A stretch of DNA of 64,000 nt from an uncultured Candidatus Saccharibacteria bacterium (GCA_964637575.1 CAZWVU010000002.1:82824-146823); one strand, 5' to 3'; positions 9,508-18,911 are shown, counted from the stretch's first letter. Notes: a model not told the origin generated them from the sequence alone. Program-made: numbers and translations.

Positions 9508-9530
9508 CTAATCTGCTATACTATCCATAT

Positions 9531-9788
9531 ATGGATCCATTTCATTACTACATTAATACGTGGGGCGGGCATTGGCCGATACTGATGGGAGCCGGCGTGG
9601 CGATCGGGTTGCTGGGGCTAATCTGGGTGCTGTACTGGAAAGCGATGTCGCTCTGGCACGCGGTGAAAAACGGCGAGAAGGCCTGGTTTGTGGCACTTCT
9701 CATTATTAATACCTTCGGCATCCTGGAAATTCTCTATTTGTACTTCTTCTCAAAGAATAAACAGAAAGGCTGGCCGAAATTGGAGTAG
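9531..9788 (+). CDS. DUF5652-like small membrane protein
   Basis: WKAMSLWHAVKNGEKAWFVALLIINTFGILEILY motif. Confidence 0.75.
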   Translation: MDPFHYYINTWGGHWPILMGAGVAIGLLGLIWVLYWKAMSLWHAVKNGEKAWFVALLIINTFGILEILYLYFFSKNKQKGWPKLE

Positions 9789-9844
9789 TCCCCGGCGCTT
9801 CTGCGGCAATTTGAAATTTCAAATTTTAAATTTAAAATTGAATT

Positions 9845-10462
9845 ATGTATATCTGCCCGATGCATTCGGAGGTTGTCAGCGACCAGCCGGGCCGCTGTCC
9901 GAAATGCGGCATGCGTTTGGTCCTCCGCGAGAACGCCTCACCTGTCCCGCCTATAGCAGATAAAGGACTCGGAACTCTCACCTGGAAAAATTATCTGCCG
10001 CTGATCCTGATCGTCGGATGTATTCTGGCCGCGACCGCGATATTCTCATGGAGCGATCATCAGTCCGGCTCTTTTTCCATTTTCAAATCAATCGGTTACT
10101 TTATGACCGGATTTTTTCTGGTGTTCTCGTTGTTTAAATTGCTGGACATCAAAGGATTCGCGGAAGGATACTCAACCTATGATCTTCTGGCGCAGAAATG
10201 GTTCGGCTATGGGTATGTCTATCCGTTCGTGGAGCTCGGTTTCGGCCTGGCAATGCTCACCGGAATTCGCACTGCGCCATTTTTACTTGCGGAAATCGCA
10301 GTGATGGCCTTCAGTGGCTTGGGCGTATTAATAAAAATTTTACGGCGTGAGCCGGTGAAATGCGTCTGCCTCGGCACGGTTTTGAAAGTCCCGCTTACCA
10401 CCGTCACCCTCGTTGAAGATTTCGGCATGGCCGCACTCGGCCTTTTACTGCTACTCTTTTAA
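9845..10462 (+). CDS. Heavy-metal-binding domain + MauE/DoxX-like membrane protein
   Basis: YICPMH...PGRCPKCGM, then GFAEGYSTYDLLA, YPFVEL, CVCLGTVLKVPL, EDFGM. Confidence 0.85.
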   Translation: MYICPMHSEVVSDQPGRCPKCGMRLVLRENASPVPPIADKGLGTLTWKNYLPLILIVGCILAATAIFSWSDHQSGSFSIFKSIGYFMTGFFLVFSLFKLLDIKGFAEGYSTYDLLAQKWFGYGYVYPFVELGFGLAMLTGIRTAPFLLAEIAVMAFSGLGVLIKILRREPVKCVCLGTVLKVPLTTVTLVEDFGMAALGLLLLLF

Positions 10463-10469
10463 AATAACT

Positions 10470-10539
10470 GCGAAGTCTTCTGTTCTTCCCGCAGACAGGA
10501 TTGTAGCCCGACGTCCTGTCGAGGAGAAGAACAGAAGAC
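10470..10539 (+). repeat. Dispersed hairpin repeat, copy 1
   Basis: 70 bp identical to the reverse complement of 11950-12019; core also present at 55547-55591. Confidence 0.9.
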
Positions 10540-10599
10540 GAGCCACCTTGTTGACCGAACCCTATCTTTTGTGGCGTAACTGTGCTACAGTAGGCGCAC

Positions 10600-11934
10600 A
10601 TGAATAAAGAGGAATCGCAGAACGTCAGTTTTACCTCTCTTGGTATCGCTCCGGCGCTCTTAGAAACATTAACCCGCCTCAAATACGTCACCCCTACGCC
10701 GATTCAGGCGCAGGCAATTCCGGTTGCCGTAACCGGAAAAGATGTGGTCGGGATCGCCCAAACCGGCACCGGCAAGACGCTCGCCTTCGGTATTCCGATG
10801 ATCCAGCGCCTCTCCCAGATCAAGGGAAAAGGCCTGATCGTGTTGCCTACCCGCGAACTCGCCGACCAGGTGGAGGAAACAATCAAAAAGATCGGCAACA
10901 ACCACGTCCGCACCGCGCTTCTGATCGGCGGCGCTTCGATGTTTGCCCAGAAGCAGGCTATTATGCGCGATCCGCATATCGTCATCGCCACCCCGGGCCG
11001 CCTCATCGATCATATGGAACAGCGCAATATCAGCCTTGGTAAAGTGGAGATTCTGGTGCTTGATGAAGCCGACCGTATGTTTGACATGGGATTCGCCCCG
11101 CAACTCCGCAAGATCATGGACGCCATTCCGAAAGAACGCCAGACCATGCTTTTCTCCGCGACGATGCCGCCGGAGATCATGAAGATTGCGAGCGGCCACA
11201 TGAAACTCCCCGTCCGCGTGGAAGTCGCCCCCGCCGGCACGACTGCCGACCGCGTCACCCAGGAAATTTTCATGGTGCGCAAGGAGGAGAAGAACCGCCT
11301 CGTCGAAAAATTACTCACCCAATATCCGGTGACCACGCTGATCTTTACCCGCACGAAATTCGGCGCGAAGCGCCTGGCCCGCACCATCCGCGATATGGGA
11401 TCCACCGCCGCCGAACTCCACTCCGACCGTTCGCTCGGCCAGCGCCGCGAAGCGCTGGATGGTTTCAAGACCGGCAAGTATCGCGTCCTTGTCGCGACCG
11501 ATATCGCCGCGCGCGGCATCGACGTTACCGGCATCGGCCTCGTCCTTAACTATGATCTTCCGATGAACACCTCCGACTACGTGCACCGCATCGGCCGCAC
11601 GGCCCGCGCCGGCGCCGGAGGCCATGCCATTTCCTTTGTGGCGCCCGAACAGCGCGGCGAAGTGCGCGAGATCGAACGCCTCATCAAGAAGAGTCTGCCG
11701 CTTTCCAAGATGCCTACGGATCTTCCGCCTGCCCGCGTACAGGAGCGTCCCCAGTATTTTGAAGAAGAACGCCCCCGTTTCGGCCGCGGACGCCGTCCAG
11801 GTTTTGGTTCCCGTCCGTCCCGTCCCGGTTTCGGATCGCGCCCTTCATTTGGCAGCCGTCCGCATGGCCCGCGTCCCGCCGGATCTTCCGATGGCCGCTC
11901 CTCATTCCCCCGCCGGCGTTTCCGCCGCGGCTAA
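10600..11934 (+). CDS. DEAD-box ATP-dependent RNA helicase (RhlE-like)
   Basis: Q motif PTPIQ, AQTGTGKT, PTREL, TPGR, DEAD, SAT, ARGID, HRIGRTAR; Arg/Gly-rich tail. Confidence 0.95.
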   Translation: MNKEESQNVSFTSLGIAPALLETLTRLKYVTPTPIQAQAIPVAVTGKDVVGIAQTGTGKTLAFGIPMIQRLSQIKGKGLIVLPTRELADQVEETIKKIGNNHVRTALLIGGASMFAQKQAIMRDPHIVIATPGRLIDHMEQRNISLGKVEILVLDEADRMFDMGFAPQLRKIMDAIPKERQTMLFSATMPPEIMKIASGHMKLPVRVEVAPAGTTADRVTQEIFMVRKEEKNRLVEKLLTQYPVTTLIFTRTKFGAKRLARTIRDMGSTAAELHSDRSLGQRREALDGFKTGKYRVLVATDIAARGIDVTGIGLVLNYDLPMNTSDYVHRIGRTARAGAGGHAISFVAPEQRGEVREIERLIKKSLPLSKMPTDLPPARVQERPQYFEEERPRFGRGRRPGFGSRPSRPGFGSRPSFGSRPHGPRPAGSSDGRSSFPRRRFRRG

Positions 11935-11949
11935 GGACTGGCTTGTCTT

Positions 11950-12019
11950 GTCTTCTGTTCTTCTCCTCGACAGGACGTCGGGCTACAATCCTGTCTGCGG
12001 GAAGAACAGAAGACTTCGC
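11950..12019 (-). repeat. Dispersed hairpin repeat, copy 2 (inverted relative to copy 1)
   Basis: Exact reverse complement of 10470-10539; followed by a T-rich tract on the + strand, so may also act as a terminator. Confidence 0.9.
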
Positions 12020-12053
12020 TTTTATTTTAAAAAAAATGATATAGTATGAACGC

Positions 12054-12461
12054 ATGGCAAAATCATTCGCATCATTTGTAATAATAATTCTGGTCATCAT
12101 CGCGGCCGCGGTGTTCATTACGACGGGAAGCCGGACCACCGTCCCCGCCCCGCTGAAAACCGCTGACGTCAGCTCGGCGACCGGACAGGTTAAGGAATTC
12201 ACCGTCGTCGGCCAGAATTATTCCTTCACCCCATCCACCATCACCGTCAATAAAGGCGACCATGTGAAAATCACGTTCAAGAACGTGGACGGGTTCCACG
12301 ACTTCCGCATTGATGAATTCCAGGCGGCTACCCGCCGCATCTCCGCGGGACAGGAAGACGCCGTTGAATTCACCGCTGACAAAACCGGGACGTTTGAATA
12401 CTACTGTTCGGTCGGCGGCCACCGCATGATGGGCATGCGCGGTTCGCTGATTGTCCAATAA
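12054..12461 (+). CDS. Membrane-anchored cupredoxin-domain protein
   Basis: N-terminal TM; FTPSTITVNKGD, H-D-F, YYCSVGGHRMMGM type-1 copper ligands. Confidence 0.85.
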   Translation: MAKSFASFVIIILVIIAAAVFITTGSRTTVPAPLKTADVSSATGQVKEFTVVGQNYSFTPSTITVNKGDHVKITFKNVDGFHDFRIDEFQAATRRISAGQEDAVEFTADKTGTFEYYCSVGGHRMMGMRGSLIVQ

Positions 12462-12469
12462 TCTCATGT

Positions 12470-12940
12470 ATGAAAATTAGAGTCGGCGCGCCTGCTCCCG
12501 ATTTCACCCTCGTTGACCAGCGCGGGAAATCGCATACGCTTTCTGATTATAAAGGCGGCTGGGTATTGGTATATTTTTATCCGAAAGATGATACACCGGG
12601 TTGTACGAAAGAAGCCTGCGCTATCCGTGACAATTTCCCCGCGTTCAAAAAAATGAAGGCGCTGGTGTTCGGCATCAGCGCCGACTCCGAAAAGAGCCAC
12701 GCGAAATTCATTGAAAAATACGATCTGCCATTCACGCTCCTTTCCGATCCGGATAAAAAAGTTTTAAAGGCATACGGCGTCTGGGCCAAAAAGAAATTTA
12801 TGGGACGGGAATATATGGGCATCCTCCGGACTTCTTTTCTGATCCATCCTTCCGGCACAATCGCAAAAATATACGAAAAAGTAGCGCCGGAAACCCACGC
12901 CGGCGAAGTGCTGGCGGACCTGAAAGAACTTCGCCGCTAA
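12470..12940 (+). CDS. bcp: Thioredoxin-dependent thiol peroxidase (BCP)
   Basis: YFYPKDDTPGCTKEAC. Confidence 0.92.
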   Translation: MKIRVGAPAPDFTLVDQRGKSHTLSDYKGGWVLVYFYPKDDTPGCTKEACAIRDNFPAFKKMKALVFGISADSEKSHAKFIEKYDLPFTLLSDPDKKVLKAYGVWAKKKFMGREYMGILRTSFLIHPSGTIAKIYEKVAPETHAGEVLADLKELRR

Positions 12941-13467
12941 ACCTTCAGGCTGGCGGCCACCTTCGCAAAGTCCTGCCGGATTCCGTCATCGGGTGAGCGG
13001 TAGGTGGCGTAAAGATACATAATATTGTCGCCGTTCGCGAACACCACCTCGTCCGCCTGATATGCTCCGGACCAGTGATAGGCGTATGCCGGAAGATCCG
13101 CGGTGGTGGTGGCCTGATAGGCGCCAGCGGCGAGTTTAAAATTCGAATAATAATTAGTCTGAATCCATTCGGAAACCGGCTCCTGCTCGGGATTTTGATA
13201 TACGCCGATAATAATTGCCGGCGGATCTTCCCCGGCATATCCGGGTTTCCAGCCGGCATCGATGAGCGAGATCTGGTAATGATAACGGTGCGATTTCTCC
13301 ACCACCCGCTCTTCGATGCGGTAATGCGAGGGATATTTGAATGAAAACCCGAGCGCGCTGCTTGTATACACGCTCATGGTATCCGTGGATTTCAGGGAAA
13401 GCGTGTAGCCAAAATAACAAAGCAATAAACCCGATGCGACGCCTCCGATCGTCCACACTCCCCTCAT
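12937..13467 (-). CDS. Membrane-anchored hypothetical protein (PsbP-like)
   Basis: N-terminal TM, YTSSALGFSFKYP motif, ends F..VAASL. Confidence 0.55.
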   Translation of the reverse strand: MRGVWTIGGVASGLLLCYFGYTLSLKSTDTMSVYTSSALGFSFKYPSHYRIEERVVEKSHRYHYQISLIDAGWKPGYAGEDPPAIIIGVYQNPEQEPVSEWIQTNYYSNFKLAAGAYQATTTADLPAYAYHWSGAYQADEVVFANGDNIMYLYATYRSPDDGIRQDFAKVAASLKV

Positions 13468-13484
13468 ACTTTCATTGTACCGCT

Positions 13485-15008
13485 TTATAACGCGCCTAAA
13501 TCAAGGGTATTTTCGATATTGATCTGCGCTACGAATTCCGGCGAGTGGCTCACCAGAATCATCGCACCTTCATAACGGGACAGGGCGCGGGCAACCACCG
13601 GAAGGTGGCGGAAATTGATATGATTGGTCGGCTCATCAAGAATCAGAAGCCCGGGACGCTGGAGGACGAAACGGGCGAACATCAGCAGTCCTTTCTGCCC
13701 TTCGGACAGAGAACCGACTTTGTTGCGCAGAATATCGCTGTCGAGCAGGAAATTGGCCGCGGTGCTACGGAGCGTTTCCTCACCCCCCGACTCCATCACG
13801 CCCGCAAGTGTTTCATACACGCTCGTATTGAAATCCAGCGCCGAAAAATCCTGCTTGTAATAACCGATTTTCACGCCTTCGGCAATTTTGGCACCCTTGG
13901 CTTTCCCGGCCGCGAGTGCTTCAAGAAACGTGCTTTTGCCGATGCCGTTCGGGCCGGTGACCAGCAGCCGATCCTTGCGCTTCAATATAATATTTACTTT
14001 TTTAGAGGCCGGCTTGCCATTCTTCAAAGCGGAGATAGAGGTAATTTCAAGAATTTTCCAATCGGGAAGCTCCGAACCTTCGAACGTCTGTACCGGGATC
14101 ATGAAGTCGCCGATGGTTTTATCTTCCTGCCGCAAATCCACCATCTGGGCTTCCAGTTCCTCTATCGCCTCTCTCATTTTCCTGGCGACATCGCGCATCT
14201 TGCCGCCTTTTTGCGCGAAGAAATTCATCTGCTCCTTGCGGTTGGAAATATCCCGCTCCAACATGACGTTTTTCTTCCGCTCCCGCTCAATCCGAAGCGT
14301 AATTTCTTCCACCACTTTCAGATAGTCGCCGACATACTGCTCGACGTTTCTGGTAAAGCTGTCCAGGTAGAGCACGCCATGCGTGAAGGAGTTGAGAAAA
14401 TGGGCGTCGTGGGAAATGACGATGCAGGTCTTCTTGTAATCGATCAGGAACTGGGTCAGGTGTTCGATGCCAGTTTTGTCGAGATTGTTGGTCGGCTCGT
14501 CCAGCAAAAGAATGTCCGGATTCTGGATCAGCGCGAACGCCAGCAAAAGACGCGCCTGCTGTCCGCCGGAAAACTGGCGGAGCTTTTTTTCCAGATCGGC
14601 ATCGAGATTCACCACGGTGAGAATTTTCTTCACTTTCGGCTCAAGATCATACACCTTCTGCGGAAATGCCCGCTGGAAATATTCCCGCACCGTGTCATCC
14701 ATCCATTCGGGCGGAATCACCTGCTTGGCGATGGCCACCGTCACGTCTTGGCGGATATTGATGGCGCCCTCTTCCGGCTGAAGCTCGCCGGTGATCATTT
14801 TGAAAATCGTGCTTTTCCCCGCGCCATTCTGGCCCATCAGCGTAATTTTCGCCCGCTCGCGCACGCTGAATTCCGCCTCCCGCAGAAGCGGCTTGGAAGA
14901 CGTGTAGCCGAAGGTCACTTTGTTGAAACGCAATACCACGTCGCCGTGATCGTATTTTTTCTGCTGTGACGGGGCCTTCTGTTCCTTTTTTTGCTTCTCC
15001 TGGGCCAT
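13485..15008 (-). CDS. ABC-F family ATPase
   Basis: Two NBDs (GQNGAGKS/FSGGQ/LDEPTNNLD and GPNGIGKS/LSEGQ/LDEPTNH), no TM. Confidence 0.92.
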   Translation of the reverse strand: MAQEKQKKEQKAPSQQKKYDHGDVVLRFNKVTFGYTSSKPLLREAEFSVRERAKITLMGQNGAGKSTIFKMITGELQPEEGAINIRQDVTVAIAKQVIPPEWMDDTVREYFQRAFPQKVYDLEPKVKKILTVVNLDADLEKKLRQFSGGQQARLLLAFALIQNPDILLLDEPTNNLDKTGIEHLTQFLIDYKKTCIVISHDAHFLNSFTHGVLYLDSFTRNVEQYVGDYLKVVEEITLRIERERKKNVMLERDISNRKEQMNFFAQKGGKMRDVARKMREAIEELEAQMVDLRQEDKTIGDFMIPVQTFEGSELPDWKILEITSISALKNGKPASKKVNIILKRKDRLLVTGPNGIGKSTFLEALAAGKAKGAKIAEGVKIGYYKQDFSALDFNTSVYETLAGVMESGGEETLRSTAANFLLDSDILRNKVGSLSEGQKGLLMFARFVLQRPGLLILDEPTNHINFRHLPVVARALSRYEGAMILVSHSPEFVAQINIENTLDLGAL

Positions 15009-15093
15009 ATTCGTAAGAACTAAACAATAACAATTTCACCGGATTTGGTCAAAGATTAGCGCGCGAGCCGGCTCCTCCGCTATAATCATATGT

Positions 15094-15600
15094 ATGATTT
15101 TGGTAACACACGGCGTTATTGGCGCCGCTCTGGGCCGGCTTTTTCCGCGCTATCCTTTTCTCGCGTTTCTGGCCGGTTTCGTAAGCCACTTCCTCGCAGA
15201 CGCCATTCCCCACTGGCACTATAAACTTTTTTCCCACACCCGCCATCCGGACGATCCGATACAGAACGACATGGTGATCGGCAAAAAATTCCTTATCGAT
15301 CTCATGGATATCGGTCTTGATGGCACGGCTGGACTCGCCCTGCCGATCCTGCTCTTCCAGGGGTGGGCGGGATTTTCCCATCCGGACTGGTCGGTGCTTG
15401 CCGGCGCGTTCGGCGGTCTTCTTCCAGATTTTTTTCATTTTGTCTATATGAAAATCCGAAGAGAGCCTTTTTACAGTTTTCAGCGTTTCCACGTCTGGAT
15501 GCATTCCAAAACCGATATCGACAAAAAACCCCTTATCGGTATCGGGAGCCAGCTCCTGATTATTGTCGCGGCAGCCCTACTTTCGCGCGTGCTTCTTTAG
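15094..15600 (+). CDS. Membrane protein, putative metal-dependent hydrolase
   Basis: THG...SHFLADAIPH...LLPD...FHVWMH. Confidence 0.6.
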   Translation: MILVTHGVIGAALGRLFPRYPFLAFLAGFVSHFLADAIPHWHYKLFSHTRHPDDPIQNDMVIGKKFLIDLMDIGLDGTAGLALPILLFQGWAGFSHPDWSVLAGAFGGLLPDFFHFVYMKIRREPFYSFQRFHVWMHSKTDIDKKPLIGIGSQLLIIVAAALLSRVLL

Positions 15601-16251
15601 GCCTTCAACCTCTTTCCCGGTAAGCGGGCGGGATTCCGCCTCTTTTAATGAGCCGAGTTTTACATTTCCGATCCGCACCCGTTTCAGATTCACCACTGTC
15701 AAACGCACCGCGTCACACATCCGGCGGATCTGATGCTTGCGTCCTTCTTTGATGATCAACGAGAAGGAATGCCCGCTCAGCTTTTCGGCCTTGGCCGGCA
15801 TAGTCATGCCATCCTCCAAAACGATTCCCTCCTCCATCCGGCGGAGTTTCCCGGGCGGTACATCCTCCTGTGTCGTCACTTCATATTCTTTTTCCACAAG
15901 ATGCTCATCGCCGGTGACGGCTTTAGTAACAAGCCCGTCATTGGAAACAAGGATCAATCCCTCGCTTTCCTTATCCAGACGGCCGACGGCATTCAGACCG
16001 CTGAACTGCGGCGAAAAATGCGGAATCTCTTCCGTGGTCATGCCGCGCGGTTTGTTGAACGCCAGCGTTTTCTTTCCGGCGGCCGGGCCTCCGGGCTTGA
16101 TCACCTCCACCCGGTCTTTTTCCGGGTCTATCTGAACCCCCATCTCCGTCACTGTCTTCCCGTTCAGCTTGATCCAGCCGTGCGCAATATAGGCCTCCGC
16201 CTCGCGGCGCGAGCAAATTCCCTCCTGGGATAGATATTTTTGGATGCGCAT
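15577..16251 (-). CDS. rRNA pseudouridine synthase (RsuA/RluB/RluF family)
   Basis: S4 domain RIQKYLS..SRREAE, catalytic GRLDKESEGL, EGRKHQIRRM. Confidence 0.92.
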   Translation of the reverse strand: MRIQKYLSQEGICSRREAEAYIAHGWIKLNGKTVTEMGVQIDPEKDRVEVIKPGGPAAGKKTLAFNKPRGMTTEEIPHFSPQFSGLNAVGRLDKESEGLILVSNDGLVTKAVTGDEHLVEKEYEVTTQEDVPPGKLRRMEEGIVLEDGMTMPAKAEKLSGHSFSLIIKEGRKHQIRRMCDAVRLTVVNLKRVRIGNVKLGSLKEAESRPLTGKEVEGLKKHARK

Positions 16252-16272
16252 TGTAAAATAAATCTACCATAC

Positions 16273-17076
16273 ATGGAAAACATTATCGAAGTTAAAAATC
16301 TGGTAAAACAATTCGGCACGTTGACCGCGGTCAACGATGTTTCTTTTAATGTTCCCAAGGGTGAGATTTTCGCGTTCCTCGGGCCCAACGGCGCCGGCAA
16401 AACCACCACAATTAAAATACTGACCACGCTCCTCCATCCGACCTCGGGAACGCTTTCGCTCAATGGCCATAATCCGGTTACCGAAAAAGACGCGGTACGG
16501 CGTTCGTTCGGTATTGTCTTTCAGGACCCCAGTCTGGACGATGAGCTGACCGCCCAGGAAAACATGGAATTCCACGGCGTGCTGTACGGCGTGCCGAAAG
16601 AACTCCGGCACGAACGGATCAAACAACTTCTGGACATCGTCGAGCTGTGGGATCGCCGCAACGATCTGGTGAAAGGTTTCTCCGGCGGCATGCGCCGGCG
16701 CCTGGAAATCGCCCGGGGCTTGCTCCATCACCCGAAAATTCTCTTCCTCGACGAACCTACCCTCGGCCTCGATCCGCAGACCCGCAACCATATCTGGGAT
16801 TACATCAAAAATCTCAATGCCACCGAAGGCATTACCGTATTCTTTACCACGCATTATATGGAAGAAGCCGATCGCAGCGCCCGGCAGATTGCCATTATCG
16901 ATCACGGGCAGATTGTCGCCACCGGATCCCCCGCCGAGCTCAAACAAAAAGCGGGCGTCCAGAATCTGGAAGACGCGTTTATCAAGCTTACCGGCAAAAA
17001 AATCCGCGAGGAGGATTCAAGCGGGATGGATTCGATGAGAATGCACCGCCAGATGTGGCGCGGAAAAAATAAATAA
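16273..17076 (+). CDS. ABC exporter ATP-binding protein (DrrA-like)
   Basis: GPNGAGKTT, FSGGMRRR, LDEPTLGLDP, TTHYMEEA. Confidence 0.92.
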   Translation: MENIIEVKNLVKQFGTLTAVNDVSFNVPKGEIFAFLGPNGAGKTTTIKILTTLLHPTSGTLSLNGHNPVTEKDAVRRSFGIVFQDPSLDDELTAQENMEFHGVLYGVPKELRHERIKQLLDIVELWDRRNDLVKGFSGGMRRRLEIARGLLHHPKILFLDEPTLGLDPQTRNHIWDYIKNLNATEGITVFFTTHYMEEADRSARQIAIIDHGQIVATGSPAELKQKAGVQNLEDAFIKLTGKKIREEDSSGMDSMRMHRQMWRGKNK

Positions 17077-17091
17077 TCTATCTAAAAAAAC

Positions 17092-17838
17092 ATGAACGCA
17101 ATTTATATTCTTTGGCTCCGTCAATTAAAAAGATATTTCCGCTCCAAGGCGCGCATGATCGGCTCGCTTGGCCAGCCGGTTCTTTTCCTGGTGGCGCTGG
17201 GCTTCGGTTTCGGCCCGACGTACGCGAAAGCGGGCGGCGGCAACTATCTTCAGTTCCTGGCGCCGGGGATCATCGCCATGGGCGTGCTCTTCACCGCCAT
17301 CTTTTCCGGCATTGAAATCATCTGGGACCGTCAATTCGGATTCCTAAAAGAAACGCTGGTAGCACCGGTCTCCCGCCTTTCGATTATGATCGGCCGCACG
17401 CTCGGCGGCGCCACCATCGCCTTATTCCAGGGACTGGCCGTGCTCCTTATTTCACTTGTCTTCGGCTACCGGCCGGAAAGTCTAGCGGCGCTTCCGCTGG
17501 CAATTGTCTTTATGCTGCTCATCGCCGTGCTCTTTACGTCGCTCGGCACTGCCATCGCGGCGCTCCTGGACGACATGCAAGGTTTCCAGCTCATCATGAA
17601 TTTCGTGGTTATGCCGACGTTTTTCCTTTCCGGCGCGCTCTTCCCGTTTTCAGGTTTACCGCCGGTACTTGCCCTGCTGACCCGTCTTGATCCGCTGTCT
17701 TACGGCGTGGACGGCCTGCGCGGCACTCTTTCCGCCGTAGTTCACTTTGGCCTGACCTCGGATATTCTCATTCTCGGCGCCGCCGCCGGCGCGCTGCTCG
17801 CAGTTGGCGCGTACCTCTTCTCTAAAATTGAAGTATAG
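17092..17838 (+). CDS. ABC-2 type permease
   Basis: Six TM segments; DRQFGFLKETLVAP, FLSGALFP, DPLSYGVD. Confidence 0.9.
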   Translation: MNAIYILWLRQLKRYFRSKARMIGSLGQPVLFLVALGFGFGPTYAKAGGGNYLQFLAPGIIAMGVLFTAIFSGIEIIWDRQFGFLKETLVAPVSRLSIMIGRTLGGATIALFQGLAVLLISLVFGYRPESLAALPLAIVFMLLIAVLFTSLGTAIAALLDDMQGFQLIMNFVVMPTFFLSGALFPFSGLPPVLALLTRLDPLSYGVDGLRGTLSAVVHFGLTSDILILGAAAGALLAVGAYLFSKIEV

Positions 17839-18315
17839 ATGACCACCGCAACCGTCCGGAAAGCCGAAGGCAGGGATCTCGGGCACGTAGTGGAGCTCGC
17901 CCGCATGATGGCCGAGTATCATCACGAACTGGATCCGTATTACAAACCGGGATCGTCTTATAAAAATTTGGAGCTTGATCTTGCCGAGGAACTTGAAGAC
18001 AAGGATTCGGCTATTTTGGTCGCGGAAATGGCCGGCCAGATTGTCGGCTACTTCCGGGGCATGATCGAGCCGGGACCGATGTATATCGCCGCCAAAAAAA
18101 TCGGCGTCATCAATGATCTCGTCGTCCGTCCCGACTTCCGCCGGAAGACGGTCGGCCAGCAGATCCTGAACGCGGCGATAGCATGGTTCGGCGACCGCGG
18201 CGTCAAAAATATTGAACTCAACGTGGACGCCCGCAACGAACCCGGCGTGAAATTCTGGCGCAAGAACGGTTTCTTTGACTACAAGATCCGGATGCGGCTG
18301 GATATCAAAAAATAA
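17839..18315 (+). CDS. GNAT acetyltransferase
   Basis: LVVRPDFRRKTVG motif A, N..GVKFWRKNGF motif B. Confidence 0.85.
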   Translation: MTTATVRKAEGRDLGHVVELARMMAEYHHELDPYYKPGSSYKNLELDLAEELEDKDSAILVAEMAGQIVGYFRGMIEPGPMYIAAKKIGVINDLVVRPDFRRKTVGQQILNAAIAWFGDRGVKNIELNVDARNEPGVKFWRKNGFFDYKIRMRLDIKK

Positions 18316-18340
18316 AGACCCGCGCTAAGGCGGGTCTTTT
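18314..18340. terminator. Bidirectional terminator between convergent genes
   Basis: AAAGACCCGC-gctaag-GCGGGTCTTT. Confidence 0.75.
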
Positions 18341-18344
18341 GATT

Positions 18345-18911
18345 TCATCTGGCGGGAGGAAACACCTGTCTCACCTCTCCGCATTCCAGCATTTCCTTGC
18401 CGAAATACGGATTTCGGACCGGCCCTTCGCATTGCAGCCAACTGGCGCCGGTATTGTTAAACGCCATGCCGCAATACACCTGCTGCACCGGCCCCAGATA
18501 GGTATGACCGACCAGGGCGACCGCGAGCATCATCGAGTTTGAAATACCGGCAAAGTGGGCACGAAGTTCAATAAGATCAGCCCGCTTCGTGTACTTCGGT
18601 ATGTCGAGAAGATTCTTTCTGGCCAGCTCCCAGTCGGCTTTTTGCGGCGATTTGGAGACAAATACCACGTCGTTCATTTCCGCCACTGCCGACTCCCAAT
18701 TCTGTTCTGCCCGAAAGGCGGCGACCGCGTCGTCACCGGCCAGTGCCCGGCCCATCACAAAGTAATGGCCGAGAACATTGGAAACCGCCTGCCGGCACGG
18801 ACCAGGCATCGTATTGCCCTTGCGGCCGTCGGGAACCAGGAGGACCGCCAGTCCGGCCAGCGCGAACACAAGGCACGCTCCGATAATGAACCGCCGGAAA
18901 CCATTCTTCAT
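18345..18911 (-). CDS. DUF3347-domain protein (heavy-metal/CusB-associated)
   Basis: YCGMAFNNTGASWLQ...VRNPYFGKEMLECG; GAGGTG upstream of ATG 18911. Confidence 0.8.
   Translation of the reverse strand: MKNGFRRFIIGACLVFALAGLAVLLVPDGRKGNTMPGPCRQAVSNVLGHYFVMGRALAGDDAVAAFRAEQNWESAVAEMNDVVFVSKSPQKADWELARKNLLDIPKYTKRADLIELRAHFAGISNSMMLAVALVGHTYLGPVQQVYCGMAFNNTGASWLQCEGPVRNPYFGKEMLECGEVRQVFPPAR

Noticed and set aside
11770-11934. RPGFGSRP tandem repeats at the helicase C-terminus
   Set aside because: Ordinary low-complexity basic tail of DEAD-box helicases.
10470-12019. Possible CRISPR array or IS terminal repeats
   Set aside because: The copies are inverted and dispersed rather than regularly spaced. 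There is no cas or transposase gene, and no clear target-site duplication.
10404-12202. Short ORFs sharing the peptides SSVLLLDRTSGYNPVCGKNRRLR / SSVLPADRIVARRPVEEKNRR
   Set aside because: The identity comes from translating the non-coding 70-bp repeat; they are not paralogous genes.
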